A program made the position numbers and the translations under genes. Source: a virus. Taken from it: a stretch of DNA of 64,000 nt. The notes under the pieces were generated by a model. That model had not been told where the DNA came from. It worked only from the letters and a program-made list of their open reading frames with translations, and made no database searches. Below are positions 8,907 to 17,713 of the stretch, one piece after another (position 1 is the stretch's first letter; the number at the start of each line of letters is the position of its first letter). Location: positions 1 to 64,000 of the IMG/VR virus record IMGVR_UViG_3300042352_001346, one strand, 5' to 3'.

Positions 8907-10382
8907 ATGTTAAGTGTAAGTTTAAATGATTATGCCTTATCAGGCTTATCAGGCTTTGGTGAATCTACACAGGGCGATGTTGACCAACTAATGAAAGCGT
9001 TGGAAGCAGGTGCTATGACTGGTGGAGATTTAAGAGATACAGGCTCTACTCAAAGTGGTGCTGTTTTAAAGGTTGAGAGTTTAGAAAATACCTTAAGAGT
9101 TATGTCGTTCCATGAAAATGACATTGTTCTTTGGAAACAAATTCCTAAATCTCCTGCTTTTAACACAGTTGAAGAATACGATTTGTTAGAAGATTATGGT
9201 ACTGATGGTTTCTCTTTCACTTTGGAAGGTGAATTACCTGAGGAAGACCAAGCAACTTACAGACGTGCTAGCCAATTGGTTAAATTCATGGGTACTGTAG
9301 GTTCTGTTTCTCATCCTATGCAGTTAGTAAATGTTATTTCTGGTATCGGTAATATTACTCAACAAAAGATTGAAGAATCAACTATGAAATTGTTGCGTGA
9401 TATTAACAGAGCAGTAGCTTGGGCTGATTCAAATTTATTGCCAATTGAATTTAATGGTCTTTATGCTCAGCATAGACAAGGTTTAATGGTTCCTGGTAAT
9501 TTAAGTTCTTATTATGGTGGTAATAACGTTAACGTTATTGACTGTAGAGGTAAAGCTATGAAAGATAGTTTTGTGCAAGATGGTACATTAGCAATTGTGG
9601 AAGCAAATGGTAATGCTACTGATTTAATTGCTCCTCCTGCAGTATGGAAAAACTATGTATCACGTTGGGATAATAGTGATGTACAAAGAACTACTCCAGG
9701 TGCAACTATTACAGGTGGTCAGGTAATTGATGGTATTGCTACTCAATATGGCAAAATTAATCCAGTTACTGATAAATTTTTAGCCCATAAATATAAACCA
9801 AAAACTGCATTAACAAATGCTACAAGTGGTAAAACACCTGCTGCACCTGCTAGTGTTAGTGTAGCTGCTGTAGCTTCTGTTGGTATGTATTCAGGTTTTA
9901 ATGGTGATTATAAATTTGCAGTTACTGCAATGAATCGTTACGGCGAATCAGTAATTACCCAATCAGCTTCTGTTACAATTGGTGCTAATGAATCAGCTGA
10001 TATTACTTTAACTTTACAAGGTGGTACTTATGCTGCACAAGCATATAATATCTATAAAGGTGAAGTAAATAAAGTTACTGGTACAGTTACTTATTACTAC
10101 TTGTTCTCTGTTACTCCTGCACAAATTTCAGCAGGTTATGATGGAGCAGCTGCTGGTGTAATAAGAGAAAGAAACTATATCATTCCAAATACCAACATGT
10201 GTTTCTTGTTAGAAAAAACAAAAGAAATTTTTAATTTTAAACAATTAGCACCGTTGATGAAAATGGATTTAGCTTTAATTGCACCTTCTTCTAGATTTAT
10301 GCTTTTAGCTTATGGTACTCCAGTACTTAATCAGCCTAAAAAGATGATTGTGTATATTAACGTTGGCTCTAGTGTAAGTTAA
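8907..10382 (+). CDS. Major capsid protein (SPO1/K-like HK97 fold with FN3-like insert)
   Basis: LMKALEAG, GAVLKVESLE, EGELP, EFNGL, YKFAVTAMNRYGES, QLAPLMKMDLA, YGTPVL..PKK; high-expression codon usage. Confidence 0.93.
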   Translation: MLSVSLNDYALSGLSGFGESTQGDVDQLMKALEAGAMTGGDLRDTGSTQSGAVLKVESLENTLRVMSFHENDIVLWKQIPKSPAFNTVEEYDLLEDYGTDGFSFTLEGELPEEDQATYRRASQLVKFMGTVGSVSHPMQLVNVISGIGNITQQKIEESTMKLLRDINRAVAWADSNLLPIEFNGLYAQHRQGLMVPGNLSSYYGGNNVNVIDCRGKAMKDSFVQDGTLAIVEANGNATDLIAPPAVWKNYVSRWDNSDVQRTTPGATITGGQVIDGIATQYGKINPVTDKFLAHKYKPKTALTNATSGKTPAAPASVSVAAVASVGMYSGFNGDYKFAVTAMNRYGESVITQSASVTIGANESADITLTLQGGTYAAQAYNIYKGEVNKVTGTVTYYYLFSVTPAQISAGYDGAAAGVIRERNYIIPNTNMCFLLEKTKEIFNFKQLAPLMKMDLALIAPSSRFMLLAYGTPVLNQPKKMIVYINVGSSVS

Positions 10383-10392
10383 GTTAAATATT

Positions 10393-10436
10393 TAGGAATC
10401 CGATTTCATTTTAATGAATCGGATTCCTATTTTTTT
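10393..10436 (+). terminator. Rho-independent terminator after the capsid gene
   Basis: TAGGAATCCGAT...ATCGGATTCCTA followed by a T-run. Confidence 0.85.
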
Positions 10437-10458
10437 GTAAAATTATTAAAGTATTTGT

Positions 10459-10929
10459 ATGCAAGTTACTCTTCAAACAACTGCTCAACATAGAGCAAAT
10501 CAAATTATTAAAAATTCAGTTTGTTCTATTGAGTGGAATTCAGAATGTATATCTATTGTAAACTTAAGTGAAGATGAATTAGAAAAATTAAAAATCACTG
10601 ACCCTACTATAATAGTTTTAAATACTTCTAATCATGAAAGTGTTGGTAATGAAGTTAAAAAAGAAGAAAAGACAACAGTTATAATTCCTCCTACACCACC
10701 TACACCTCCATCTAAAGATGAAGTTATTGGTAATGAAGTTAAAAAAGAAGAAGGTGAAAAAGTAATAATTACAGAAGCTGAAAAAGAAGCTGTAATTACA
10801 GAAATGAAAAAAATGACTTTAGGACAAATGGCTGATTTAGCTAAATCTAAAGAATTTCCAGAAACGGAATGGATTGGATTTAAAGAGAAAAAACCATTTA
10901 TTGAATACTTATTAGCAAAAGAAAACTAA
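10459..10929 (+). CDS. Hypothetical post-capsid protein with Pro linker and helical C-terminus
   Basis: PPTPPTPP linker, internal GNEVKKEE repeat, HeH/Rho-N-like end. Confidence 0.65.
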   Translation: MQVTLQTTAQHRANQIIKNSVCSIEWNSECISIVNLSEDELEKLKITDPTIIVLNTSNHESVGNEVKKEEKTTVIIPPTPPTPPSKDEVIGNEVKKEEGEKVIITEAEKEAVITEMKKMTLGQMADLAKSKEFPETEWIGFKEKKPFIEYLLAKEN

Positions 10930-10938
10930 TAAAATAAA

Positions 10939-11733
10939 ATGCCTAGTTTAACTTTTAGCATTAAAACAGAAATTAAAGAGGGGCTTATTATAAGCCCCTC
11001 TGATTTTGTATTAGAATATTTACAAGGAGTACCTTTAACAGGTACTTTTGGAGGTACTATTTCTTTAAATAAAATTGAGAATGTATTAAGTATGTCTCAA
11101 GAATTATTTGAAAAATTACTTGGTATTAAAGTAAAAAAACAAATTATTCAAGAAACTAAAAGTTATAATCTAGATGATTGGAGTAATTTTCTTTATTTGA
11201 GAACTGCTTTTCCAGTTATAGAAGCATTTGGAATGAAAGGATACTATGGAAATATTCCTCGTATTCAATTACCTAAAGAATGGATGATTGTTAAACAAAC
11301 AAATACAGGTAGTTATCATAGAAAAATATCATTAATACCAAATTCAAATGGTAATTTAGGTAATATAATTGTAACTATAAATAGTGCATCTTCATACTAT
11401 TATAGATTTGTAGGTTTTGATAAAATTCCTGAATATTGGCATATAGAATATTTAACAGGTGTTGATGTCAATAGTATTGCTATTTTAAATAGTGCAATTG
11501 CTAAATTAGCTGCAATTGAAATATTAGGTATTGCAAGTAATAATATTCTTGGACCAGGTGTTATAGGTTCATCACTTAGTTTAGATGGATTAAGTCAAAG
11601 CATACAAACTGCAAAAAGTTCATCTACAGGTGCTTTCTCAGCAATTACAAAACAATATGCTGATGATTTAAAAGATACATTAATACCTGCTTTAAAAAGT
11701 TATTATAAAGGTGTATTATTTTCAGTTCTATAA
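10939..11733 (+). CDS. Head-tail adaptor (neck) protein
   Basis: Position; HIEYLTG and PGVIGSSLSLDGLSQSI motifs resembling SPO1/K-like neck proteins. Confidence 0.7.
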   Translation: MPSLTFSIKTEIKEGLIISPSDFVLEYLQGVPLTGTFGGTISLNKIENVLSMSQELFEKLLGIKVKKQIIQETKSYNLDDWSNFLYLRTAFPVIEAFGMKGYYGNIPRIQLPKEWMIVKQTNTGSYHRKISLIPNSNGNLGNIIVTINSASSYYYRFVGFDKIPEYWHIEYLTGVDVNSIAILNSAIAKLAAIEILGIASNNILGPGVIGSSLSLDGLSQSIQTAKSSSTGAFSAITKQYADDLKDTLIPALKSYYKGVLFSVL

Positions 11734-11742
11734 AGTAATTGA

Positions 11743-12525
11743 ATGACACAAGTTAAAGTACAACCGACTCCTATAAATTATGTAGATGCTCCTCAGGCTC
11801 ATTGGGTAAAATCTGAATTTGACTCTTTAGTAGAAAATAAAGGATATGAAATTTATCATGATAAAATGATGGATTGTCCTTGTAAAGGACCAAATGTAGC
11901 ACCATTATCTACATGTAAAAGTTGTAGAGGTAGTGGTTTCTTTTTAGCTGAAAGAGTTGAATCTAAAGCTGTTATTCAAAATATGAATTTTGATAGTAAG
12001 TTTAAAGATTGGTCCTTTGAAAAAATGGGAACAGCTAAAATAACTGCTACAGATGAATTAGATATAACTTGGATGGATAGAATTATTTTAATTAAAGCAG
12101 AAAGTACATTTACTGAAAGATTATATCCTGTACTATATAGTGAAAATGATAATGAACAATTGTTTAGTTTTTTATTTTATGAAGCAATTAGACCTTTAAA
12201 TGCTTTTTTATTTTCATCTGCATCTGAAAAACATATTTCTTTACAAGAAGGTGAAGATTATCAATTAAATGGTAATTTGTTTCTTTTAAATAAAGTTAAA
12301 TTTTCAAATGTAGAAAAACCTAGAGTATCTTTGAGATATGCACATAGACCTCAATTTCATGTAATTGATATACTTAGAGATTTAATATATCAAGATACTG
12401 TTGAAAACTCAATTCAAATAAAAAATCAACCTTATCCTTGTTCATTTGTTGGTAGAAGGTCACATTTAGTATTAAATAAAGAAAATTATGCTAAAAATTT
12501 TTATGTAGATAATACAACTCCTTAA
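11743..12525 (+). CDS. Neck / head-closure protein
   Basis: CPC...CKSCRGSG motif; conserved position in SPO1-like head-tail modules. Confidence 0.65.
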   Translation: MTQVKVQPTPINYVDAPQAHWVKSEFDSLVENKGYEIYHDKMMDCPCKGPNVAPLSTCKSCRGSGFFLAERVESKAVIQNMNFDSKFKDWSFEKMGTAKITATDELDITWMDRIILIKAESTFTERLYPVLYSENDNEQLFSFLFYEAIRPLNAFLFSSASEKHISLQEGEDYQLNGNLFLLNKVKFSNVEKPRVSLRYAHRPQFHVIDILRDLIYQDTVENSIQIKNQPYPCSFVGRRSHLVLNKENYAKNFYVDNTTP

Positions 12526-12529
12526 TTAT

Positions 12530-12560
12530 TTTGGAAATTTTTAAATTTTTCGTAAATTTG
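12530..12560 (+). promoter_or_regulatory. Bacteroidota-type promoter
   Basis: TTTG-N19-TAAATTTG in an intergenic gap. Confidence 0.75.
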
Positions 12561-12583
12561 TATAAATGTAAAAGTTTGATACT

Positions 12584-13342
12584 TTGATACCCATAGTAAT
12601 AGATTTAAGTGAAAAAGTTCTTGAATTTAGGTTATTAGAGAAAAATTCTCAAAACTTGATGGAGTATGTAACTAAAACCATGATACAAAAAATATCTGAT
12701 GGTTGGAAGTTAGAAGCTAATAGAAGTTTGACAAAAAGTAAAGATGATTACATTAGGTCTTTGATAGTAGTTGATAAAGGTAGATTTGAAGGTTTAATTA
12801 TATTACAAGGTGCATTACCTAATATGATTGAAAGTGGAGTTGGTGCTTTTGATATGAAAATAGGATTTGAAAAATCTGAAAAAAAACATCTTAAAGAAGA
12901 TGGTGGTTGGTATATGAATATACCTTTCAGATTTGCAACACCTGGTTCAGAAGGAACAAGTTCTATATTTTCAGGCATATTACCTAATGAAGTTTATTCA
13001 GCAGTTAAAAAAGAAGGTACTTTAAAACAAAGTACTGTACCTTCACCTTTTAATGCAACTTCTAAAAGACCCGAAGTAGCAACTGAATCTAATTTATTTA
13101 AAGAATATAAGCATAAAAATTCAATTTATGCAGGATTAAGTAGAAATTCTAAAGAGTATAGTAAAGCTACACAAAGTCAATATAATACATTTAGAAGAGT
13201 ATCAGATAAATCAGACGCAGAAGCATTTATACATAGTGGGATAATAGCACATAATTTAGCTGAGAAAACAATTGAAAGAATTAATATACCTTTACAAGTA
13301 GATATGTTAGTTGATAATTTTTTAAATGATTTATTTAATTAA
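12584..13342 (+). CDS. Neck / tail-completion protein
   Basis: FDMK, GGWYMNIPFR, YNTFRRVSDKS motifs; TTG start. Confidence 0.65.
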   Translation: MIPIVIDLSEKVLEFRLLEKNSQNLMEYVTKTMIQKISDGWKLEANRSLTKSKDDYIRSLIVVDKGRFEGLIILQGALPNMIESGVGAFDMKIGFEKSEKKHLKEDGGWYMNIPFRFATPGSEGTSSIFSGILPNEVYSAVKKEGTLKQSTVPSPFNATSKRPEVATESNLFKEYKHKNSIYAGLSRNSKEYSKATQSQYNTFRRVSDKSDAEAFIHSGIIAHNLAEKTIERINIPLQVDMLVDNFLNDLFN

Positions 13343-14053
13343 ATGACAATAATTCCTGAGCAAATATTATATGCACTTATAAGAGATATACTTAAGTTTG
13401 TTAAAGATGATTTTAATAATGCTCCAAGTAATAATAAAACAGATACTATATTATATGATTTATTTCATGGTGTAGTTATTGATGATTATAATTATTATGA
13501 ACAAGCACAAGAATTAATATTAGCTAATGAAGGTAATCCTAGATTAATAAATGTAAGATTATTTTTTGATTTAAATTGTGCTAATTTACCAACTATACAT
13601 ATTACTTTACCTGCTGAAAGTCCAGGTATAGGATATATAGGGCAAAAAGGTAGTAATTCTGATGATGATAATTTTGGAGATAAAGAAGATAGTTTAGGAG
13701 AAAATTATGCTGAACGTTTTGCAACTAATTTTGAAAGTAATTATAATATAATTGTAACATCTTCTAATACATTTGAAGTTCTTATTATATATAGTTTATT
13801 AAAATATTTAATGTTATCATTTTCAATTTGTTTTAGTCTTAATGGCTTACAAAATATGAAAATTTCAGGACAAGATATTATGAATAGACCAGATTATATA
13901 CCTGCAACTATTTTTATGAGAGGTGTTAATGTAAATATGTTTTATGAATTTGTAGCTAAAGAATCATTTACTAAAAAAATAATAAATCATTTATTTTTAG
14001 AAGATAGTGAAATTAATGGTGTGGTAAAACATTTAAATCAACAAATCGTTTAA
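13343..14053 (+). CDS. Tail terminator / completion protein
   Basis: Lies before the sheath; LPTIHITLPAE strand. Confidence 0.55.
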   Translation: MTIIPEQILYALIRDILKFVKDDFNNAPSNNKTDTILYDLFHGVVIDDYNYYEQAQELILANEGNPRLINVRLFFDLNCANLPTIHITLPAESPGIGYIGQKGSNSDDDNFGDKEDSLGENYAERFATNFESNYNIIVTSSNTFEVLIIYSLLKYLMLSFSICFSLNGLQNMKISGQDIMNRPDYIPATIFMRGVNVNMFYEFVAKESFTKKIINHLFLEDSEINGVVKHLNQQIV

Positions 14054-14055
14054 TA

Positions 14056-14280
14056 ATGGCAACTCAAGCAACAAAAGTAGAAGAAAAAATATATACTTGT
14101 TCAGAATTAGTTAATTCTTTACATGTATCAGAACGTATTGCTTTTTTAATTAATAAAAAATATTCAACTTTAACTAAAACATTAAGTGAATGGAAAGCAC
14201 TTTTAATAAGTGGTAATGTATTTACTAAGGAAAATTATCCTTCTATTGTTATAGAACAACCTAAAGAAGAAGTTAAATAA
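14056..14280 (+). CDS. Small pre-sheath protein
   Basis: 74 aa, KTLSEW motif, immediately upstream of the sheath. Confidence 0.55.
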   Translation: MATQATKVEEKIYTCSELVNSLHVSERIAFLINKKYSTLTKTLSEWKALLISGNVFTKENYPSIVIEQPKEEVK

Positions 14281-14315
14281 TAAAAATAATTTGTCTTATT
14301 TTAAATATCTAAAAA

Positions 14316-16409
14316 ATGATTACTCAAACTTTTAATGGAAAAATAATATCAGAACCTGGTTTTTATACTGCCAAAAAAGCAGCTAATACAACTCCAGTAT
14401 TAAATACTGATTATGGTGTTGCACTTATTGCTAATGTAGGTGTTAATCATACTTTTGACCAAACACCTGGTTTTCCTTTTAAATGTGAAGGTGAAATTGT
14501 AGATGTATCACCTGCTTTTTTTGATAGTCTTGATGATTTTCAAGAAGATGTTTTTGCAGGTCCTTTTGCTCAATTATCTAATTTTTTATTCAAACCTTCT
14601 AAAGATAAAACTTTACCTGGTGTATCTAGTTTAGGTTATATAAAAGTTTGTGATGCTTCTCCAGCTAGAGCAATTTTTAAAGTTGGTAGTGGTGGTAGTG
14701 CATTTGGTTTACAATTTTTCTTAAATAAAAAATATGCTGGTAGTTGGGGAAATACTTTAATGACTACTGACCCAGTTACAAATACTTCCAAACTTAAAAA
14801 AGGCTTTTTAGCTAAAATGAGAGCAGGAAAAACTGCAAATACTTATATTGTTGATTTCTTTAAAAGTGCTTATGGTGGTGATGATAAATTAAATCAATAT
14901 GGTACAGCTACTGTAGAAGTTATAAATACAGCTGAAACAAAAGCTACTCAAGTTAATTCTATAGCTGGTACATTAACTACTATGTATAATAGTCATGGTT
15001 CAACAGGATTTATTTGGACTGTTAGTATATCTTATTATGGTGGATTGTATAAATATCCTATAATAAGATATACTCAATTATCAGGTGATACAACACCTAC
15101 TATTTTATGGACTTCAATTGCTGCTGCTATTAATGCAGGTACAACTGGATTTACAGCTGCAGTAGCTGCAGGTAATTTTACATTAACTATGCCTGCTGGT
15201 TATGGTAGTACATATAATTATAATTATGTAGGTTTAGATGGACAAGGTACAGCTGGTGGTTTTGGTCTTTGGTTAGGTTATTTTAATGGAGGTATTAATG
15301 TTGATAAAACAATTACACAAGTAATTTTAAATCATGCTTATATTGGACCAGATTATAGAGATGTTGAAGTAAAAAGATTAATTACTTCAACTCCAGAAAT
15401 AACTACTGTTCGTCAATTAGTTGATTTTTTTATAGAAAATAATGAACTTGCTCAATTCTTTGACCAAGAAAAAATGAAGCAATATAAACTTGACCATTTA
15501 ACAAATACTCAACTTAATACTACTTTAGTATCTGGTGACCAAACACAAAATGAAACAATAACTTTTGGTAGTGGTAGTGAAGTTACCTCTAATGAAGTAT
15601 TTGAAGATTTTCTTGATTATATTAAAGAATTAAAATATAATTATATTTTTACAGATGATTCTGTTGAAGGAAATTATAATACATTATTATTTAATCATGT
15701 AACAACAGAAGCTAAATTTGATAAAGTATTAGGTGTAGGTAGTGCTAATGTAATTAGTGATGCTATTGCTACTTCTCAATATTATGATTCTGAAAAAGTA
15801 TTAAATACATTTGGTACTTTTGGAAAAGTATTTAATGATGGTAAAAAAATATATTCTAATCTTGCTAAATTAGCAATTATATTAGGTAGAATATGTGGTT
15901 TACCTCCAGAAGTTCCAGGTACTTTTAAAGATTTAGATTATGATTATGAAGTATATCCTTTAACTTCTGAAAGAGATAGAAAAAAATTATTATCTGCAGG
16001 TGTATTACATACTAAATTAGATACTGATTTTAATGAATTTATTATTAATCAAAGTATTAGTACTTTACAAAATAATAAACAATTTATAGCTAGTGATGGA
16101 CAAAGTTATGAACATTCTATATCTAGAATTGGTTTTCAATTAAATAGAATTTTATATGCTAAATCAAAAGCACAATTTCAAAAACAAGTTAATGGTGTAA
16201 CATCATTTACAGCTTCTCCTGAAACTGTAGAAGCATTTACTAATAAAGTTTTATATAATGAAGTAGCTAAAGATAATCAAAGTGGTTTAATACTTTATTA
16301 TCAAGAAGTTAAATCAGTTATTAAACAAGATGGTATTTGGACAAGTTATGCTTATAAACCAAATACACCAATTAATAAATTCTTCTTTATTGGTTATCAA
16401 ATAGATTAA
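14316..16409 (+). CDS. Contractile tail sheath protein
   Basis: N-terminal FNGK....PGFY; GRICGLPPEVPGTFK; LLSAGVL; INQSISTLQ; precedes the tube gene. Confidence 0.85.
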   Translation: MITQTFNGKIISEPGFYTAKKAANTTPVLNTDYGVALIANVGVNHTFDQTPGFPFKCEGEIVDVSPAFFDSLDDFQEDVFAGPFAQLSNFLFKPSKDKTLPGVSSLGYIKVCDASPARAIFKVGSGGSAFGLQFFLNKKYAGSWGNTLMTTDPVTNTSKLKKGFLAKMRAGKTANTYIVDFFKSAYGGDDKLNQYGTATVEVINTAETKATQVNSIAGTLTTMYNSHGSTGFIWTVSISYYGGLYKYPIIRYTQLSGDTTPTILWTSIAAAINAGTTGFTAAVAAGNFTLTMPAGYGSTYNYNYVGLDGQGTAGGFGLWLGYFNGGINVDKTITQVILNHAYIGPDYRDVEVKRLITSTPEITTVRQLVDFFIENNELAQFFDQEKMKQYKLDHLTNTQLNTTLVSGDQTQNETITFGSGSEVTSNEVFEDFLDYIKELKYNYIFTDDSVEGNYNTLLFNHVTTEAKFDKVLGVGSANVISDAIATSQYYDSEKVLNTFGTFGKVFNDGKKIYSNLAKLAIILGRICGLPPEVPGTFKDLDYDYEVYPLTSERDRKKLLSAGVLHTKLDTDFNEFIINQSISTLQNNKQFIASDGQSYEHSISRIGFQLNRILYAKSKAQFQKQVNGVTSFTASPETVEAFTNKVLYNEVAKDNQSGLILYYQEVKSVIKQDGIWTSYAYKPNTPINKFFFIGYQID

Positions 16410-16443
16410 AATAAAAATATTTAATTAATTAAATTTAAATAAA

Positions 16444-16923
16444 ATGGCAGAAGGAGTATATACAGCACCGTTAGCTATTGTTAAAGTAGGTGGTGTTGCT
16501 ATTGGAAAAATGAAAACTATCCAAGTTAATGAAAATATTCAACGTGGAACAGTGCAAGGTTTAGGTGAATTAACACCTCAAGAAAAACCTGCTTTAGTAT
16601 GGGCTGGTACTTTATCTTGTGGTTTTTACACTATTACTTGGCAAAAAAGTTCAATTCCTAATGCTATTACAAGAAATGTAAATACTTTAAAAGAATTTGT
16701 AGATAGTTTATTATTACAAGAACAAGGTGTTACAGTTGAATTGTATAAAAAAATTAGAGCAAATGGTGCACCTACAATTGGTTTAATTCCAAGTAGTTTA
16801 GTATTATTTTGTACTATTTCTGGTTTATTTTTAGAAGGTGATAATTTTGATATTTCAGAAGGTAGTATTAGTGGTAAAAATCAATCTTTTAGTTATTTAG
16901 ACCCAGTTATATTTCCTAGATAA
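16444..16923 (+). CDS. Tail tube protein
   Basis: 159 aa after the sheath; VQGLGELTPQE; C-terminal FSYLDP. Confidence 0.85.
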   Translation: MAEGVYTAPLAIVKVGGVAIGKMKTIQVNENIQRGTVQGLGELTPQEKPALVWAGTLSCGFYTITWQKSSIPNAITRNVNTLKEFVDSLLLQEQGVTVELYKKIRANGAPTIGLIPSSLVLFCTISGLFLEGDNFDISEGSISGKNQSFSYLDPVIFPR

Positions 16924-16952
16924 TAAATTTGTAAAGATAAAATTTGTAAAAT

Positions 16953-17318
16953 ATGCAAAAAGAAATAGTATTAAAAATACAAGAAAATAATTATGTTATT
17001 AAACCTATAACAGCAGGTAATATAATTGATATTGAAAGTGCTAAAGTACTTTATAGCAATAATACTTATACTCAATTATTAAGTAGTAATACATATAGTA
17101 ATAAATTAGCACAAGAAATAACAGAATGTTTTGCAGTTCTAGATAATATAACTCCAAAAGAGTTTAAAAAAGATTTAAATGTTGAAACTCTTTTTGAACT
17201 TGATTTAGAAAATACTTTGTTATTAATTAAAGCTTATAAAGAACAAATTGCTCCTTATTATAATGGATTAATTGCTCTTTACAAAGAAGCATTTAAGGAA
17301 TCAGAGGAAAAAGCTTAA
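16953..17318 (+). CDS. Tail assembly chaperone
   Basis: Acidic helical ORF between tube and tape measure. Confidence 0.65.
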   Translation: MQKEIVLKIQENNYVIKPITAGNIIDIESAKVLYSNNTYTQLLSSNTYSNKLAQEITECFAVLDNITPKEFKKDLNVETLFELDLENTLLLIKAYKEQIAPYYNGLIALYKEAFKESEEKA

Positions 17319-17335
17319 AATGAAAGTTATTGTGA

Positions 17336-17713
17336 ATGCCAAATTTATTAAAAAAACTTTCATTAAAGGAGGTTAAAAATTTCATTATTGATTGGAATGT
17401 TAAATTTCCAATTGATAGATGGTATCGTCAAAAATATGGTATAGCTTTTAATTCTTCGCAACATAGAAAAGTAAGTCTTCTTGATATTCTAATAGATTAT
17501 GAAGAAGACTTTCTATTTAATACTATGCATAGTCGTATATCTGAAAAAGATAAAAGAAAAAAAGAATATTTAAGTACTGGTATATTTTTACAAAAACAAA
17601 AAGAAGTAAAAGAAAATTTATCAGAACAAGAAGTTGATGATATTTTTGACAATATTGATTTAGATTCTTTAAATAGAAATATAATATCAGAAGAAAAAGA
17701 TAATGAGCAATAA
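17336..17713 (+). CDS. Second tail assembly chaperone-like protein
   Basis: DRWYRQKYGIAFNS motif; directly before the tape measure. Confidence 0.55.
   Translation: MPNLLKKLSLKEVKNFIIDWNVKFPIDRWYRQKYGIAFNSSQHRKVSLLDILIDYEEDFLFNTMHSRISEKDKRKKEYLSTGIFLQKQKEVKENLSEQEVDDIFDNIDLDSLNRNIISEEKDNEQ

Noticed and set aside
17290-17345. Programmed -1 frameshift joining the two tail chaperones
   Set aside because: The second ORF is in the -1 frame, but that frame has TGA stops at 17321 and 17333 before its ATG.
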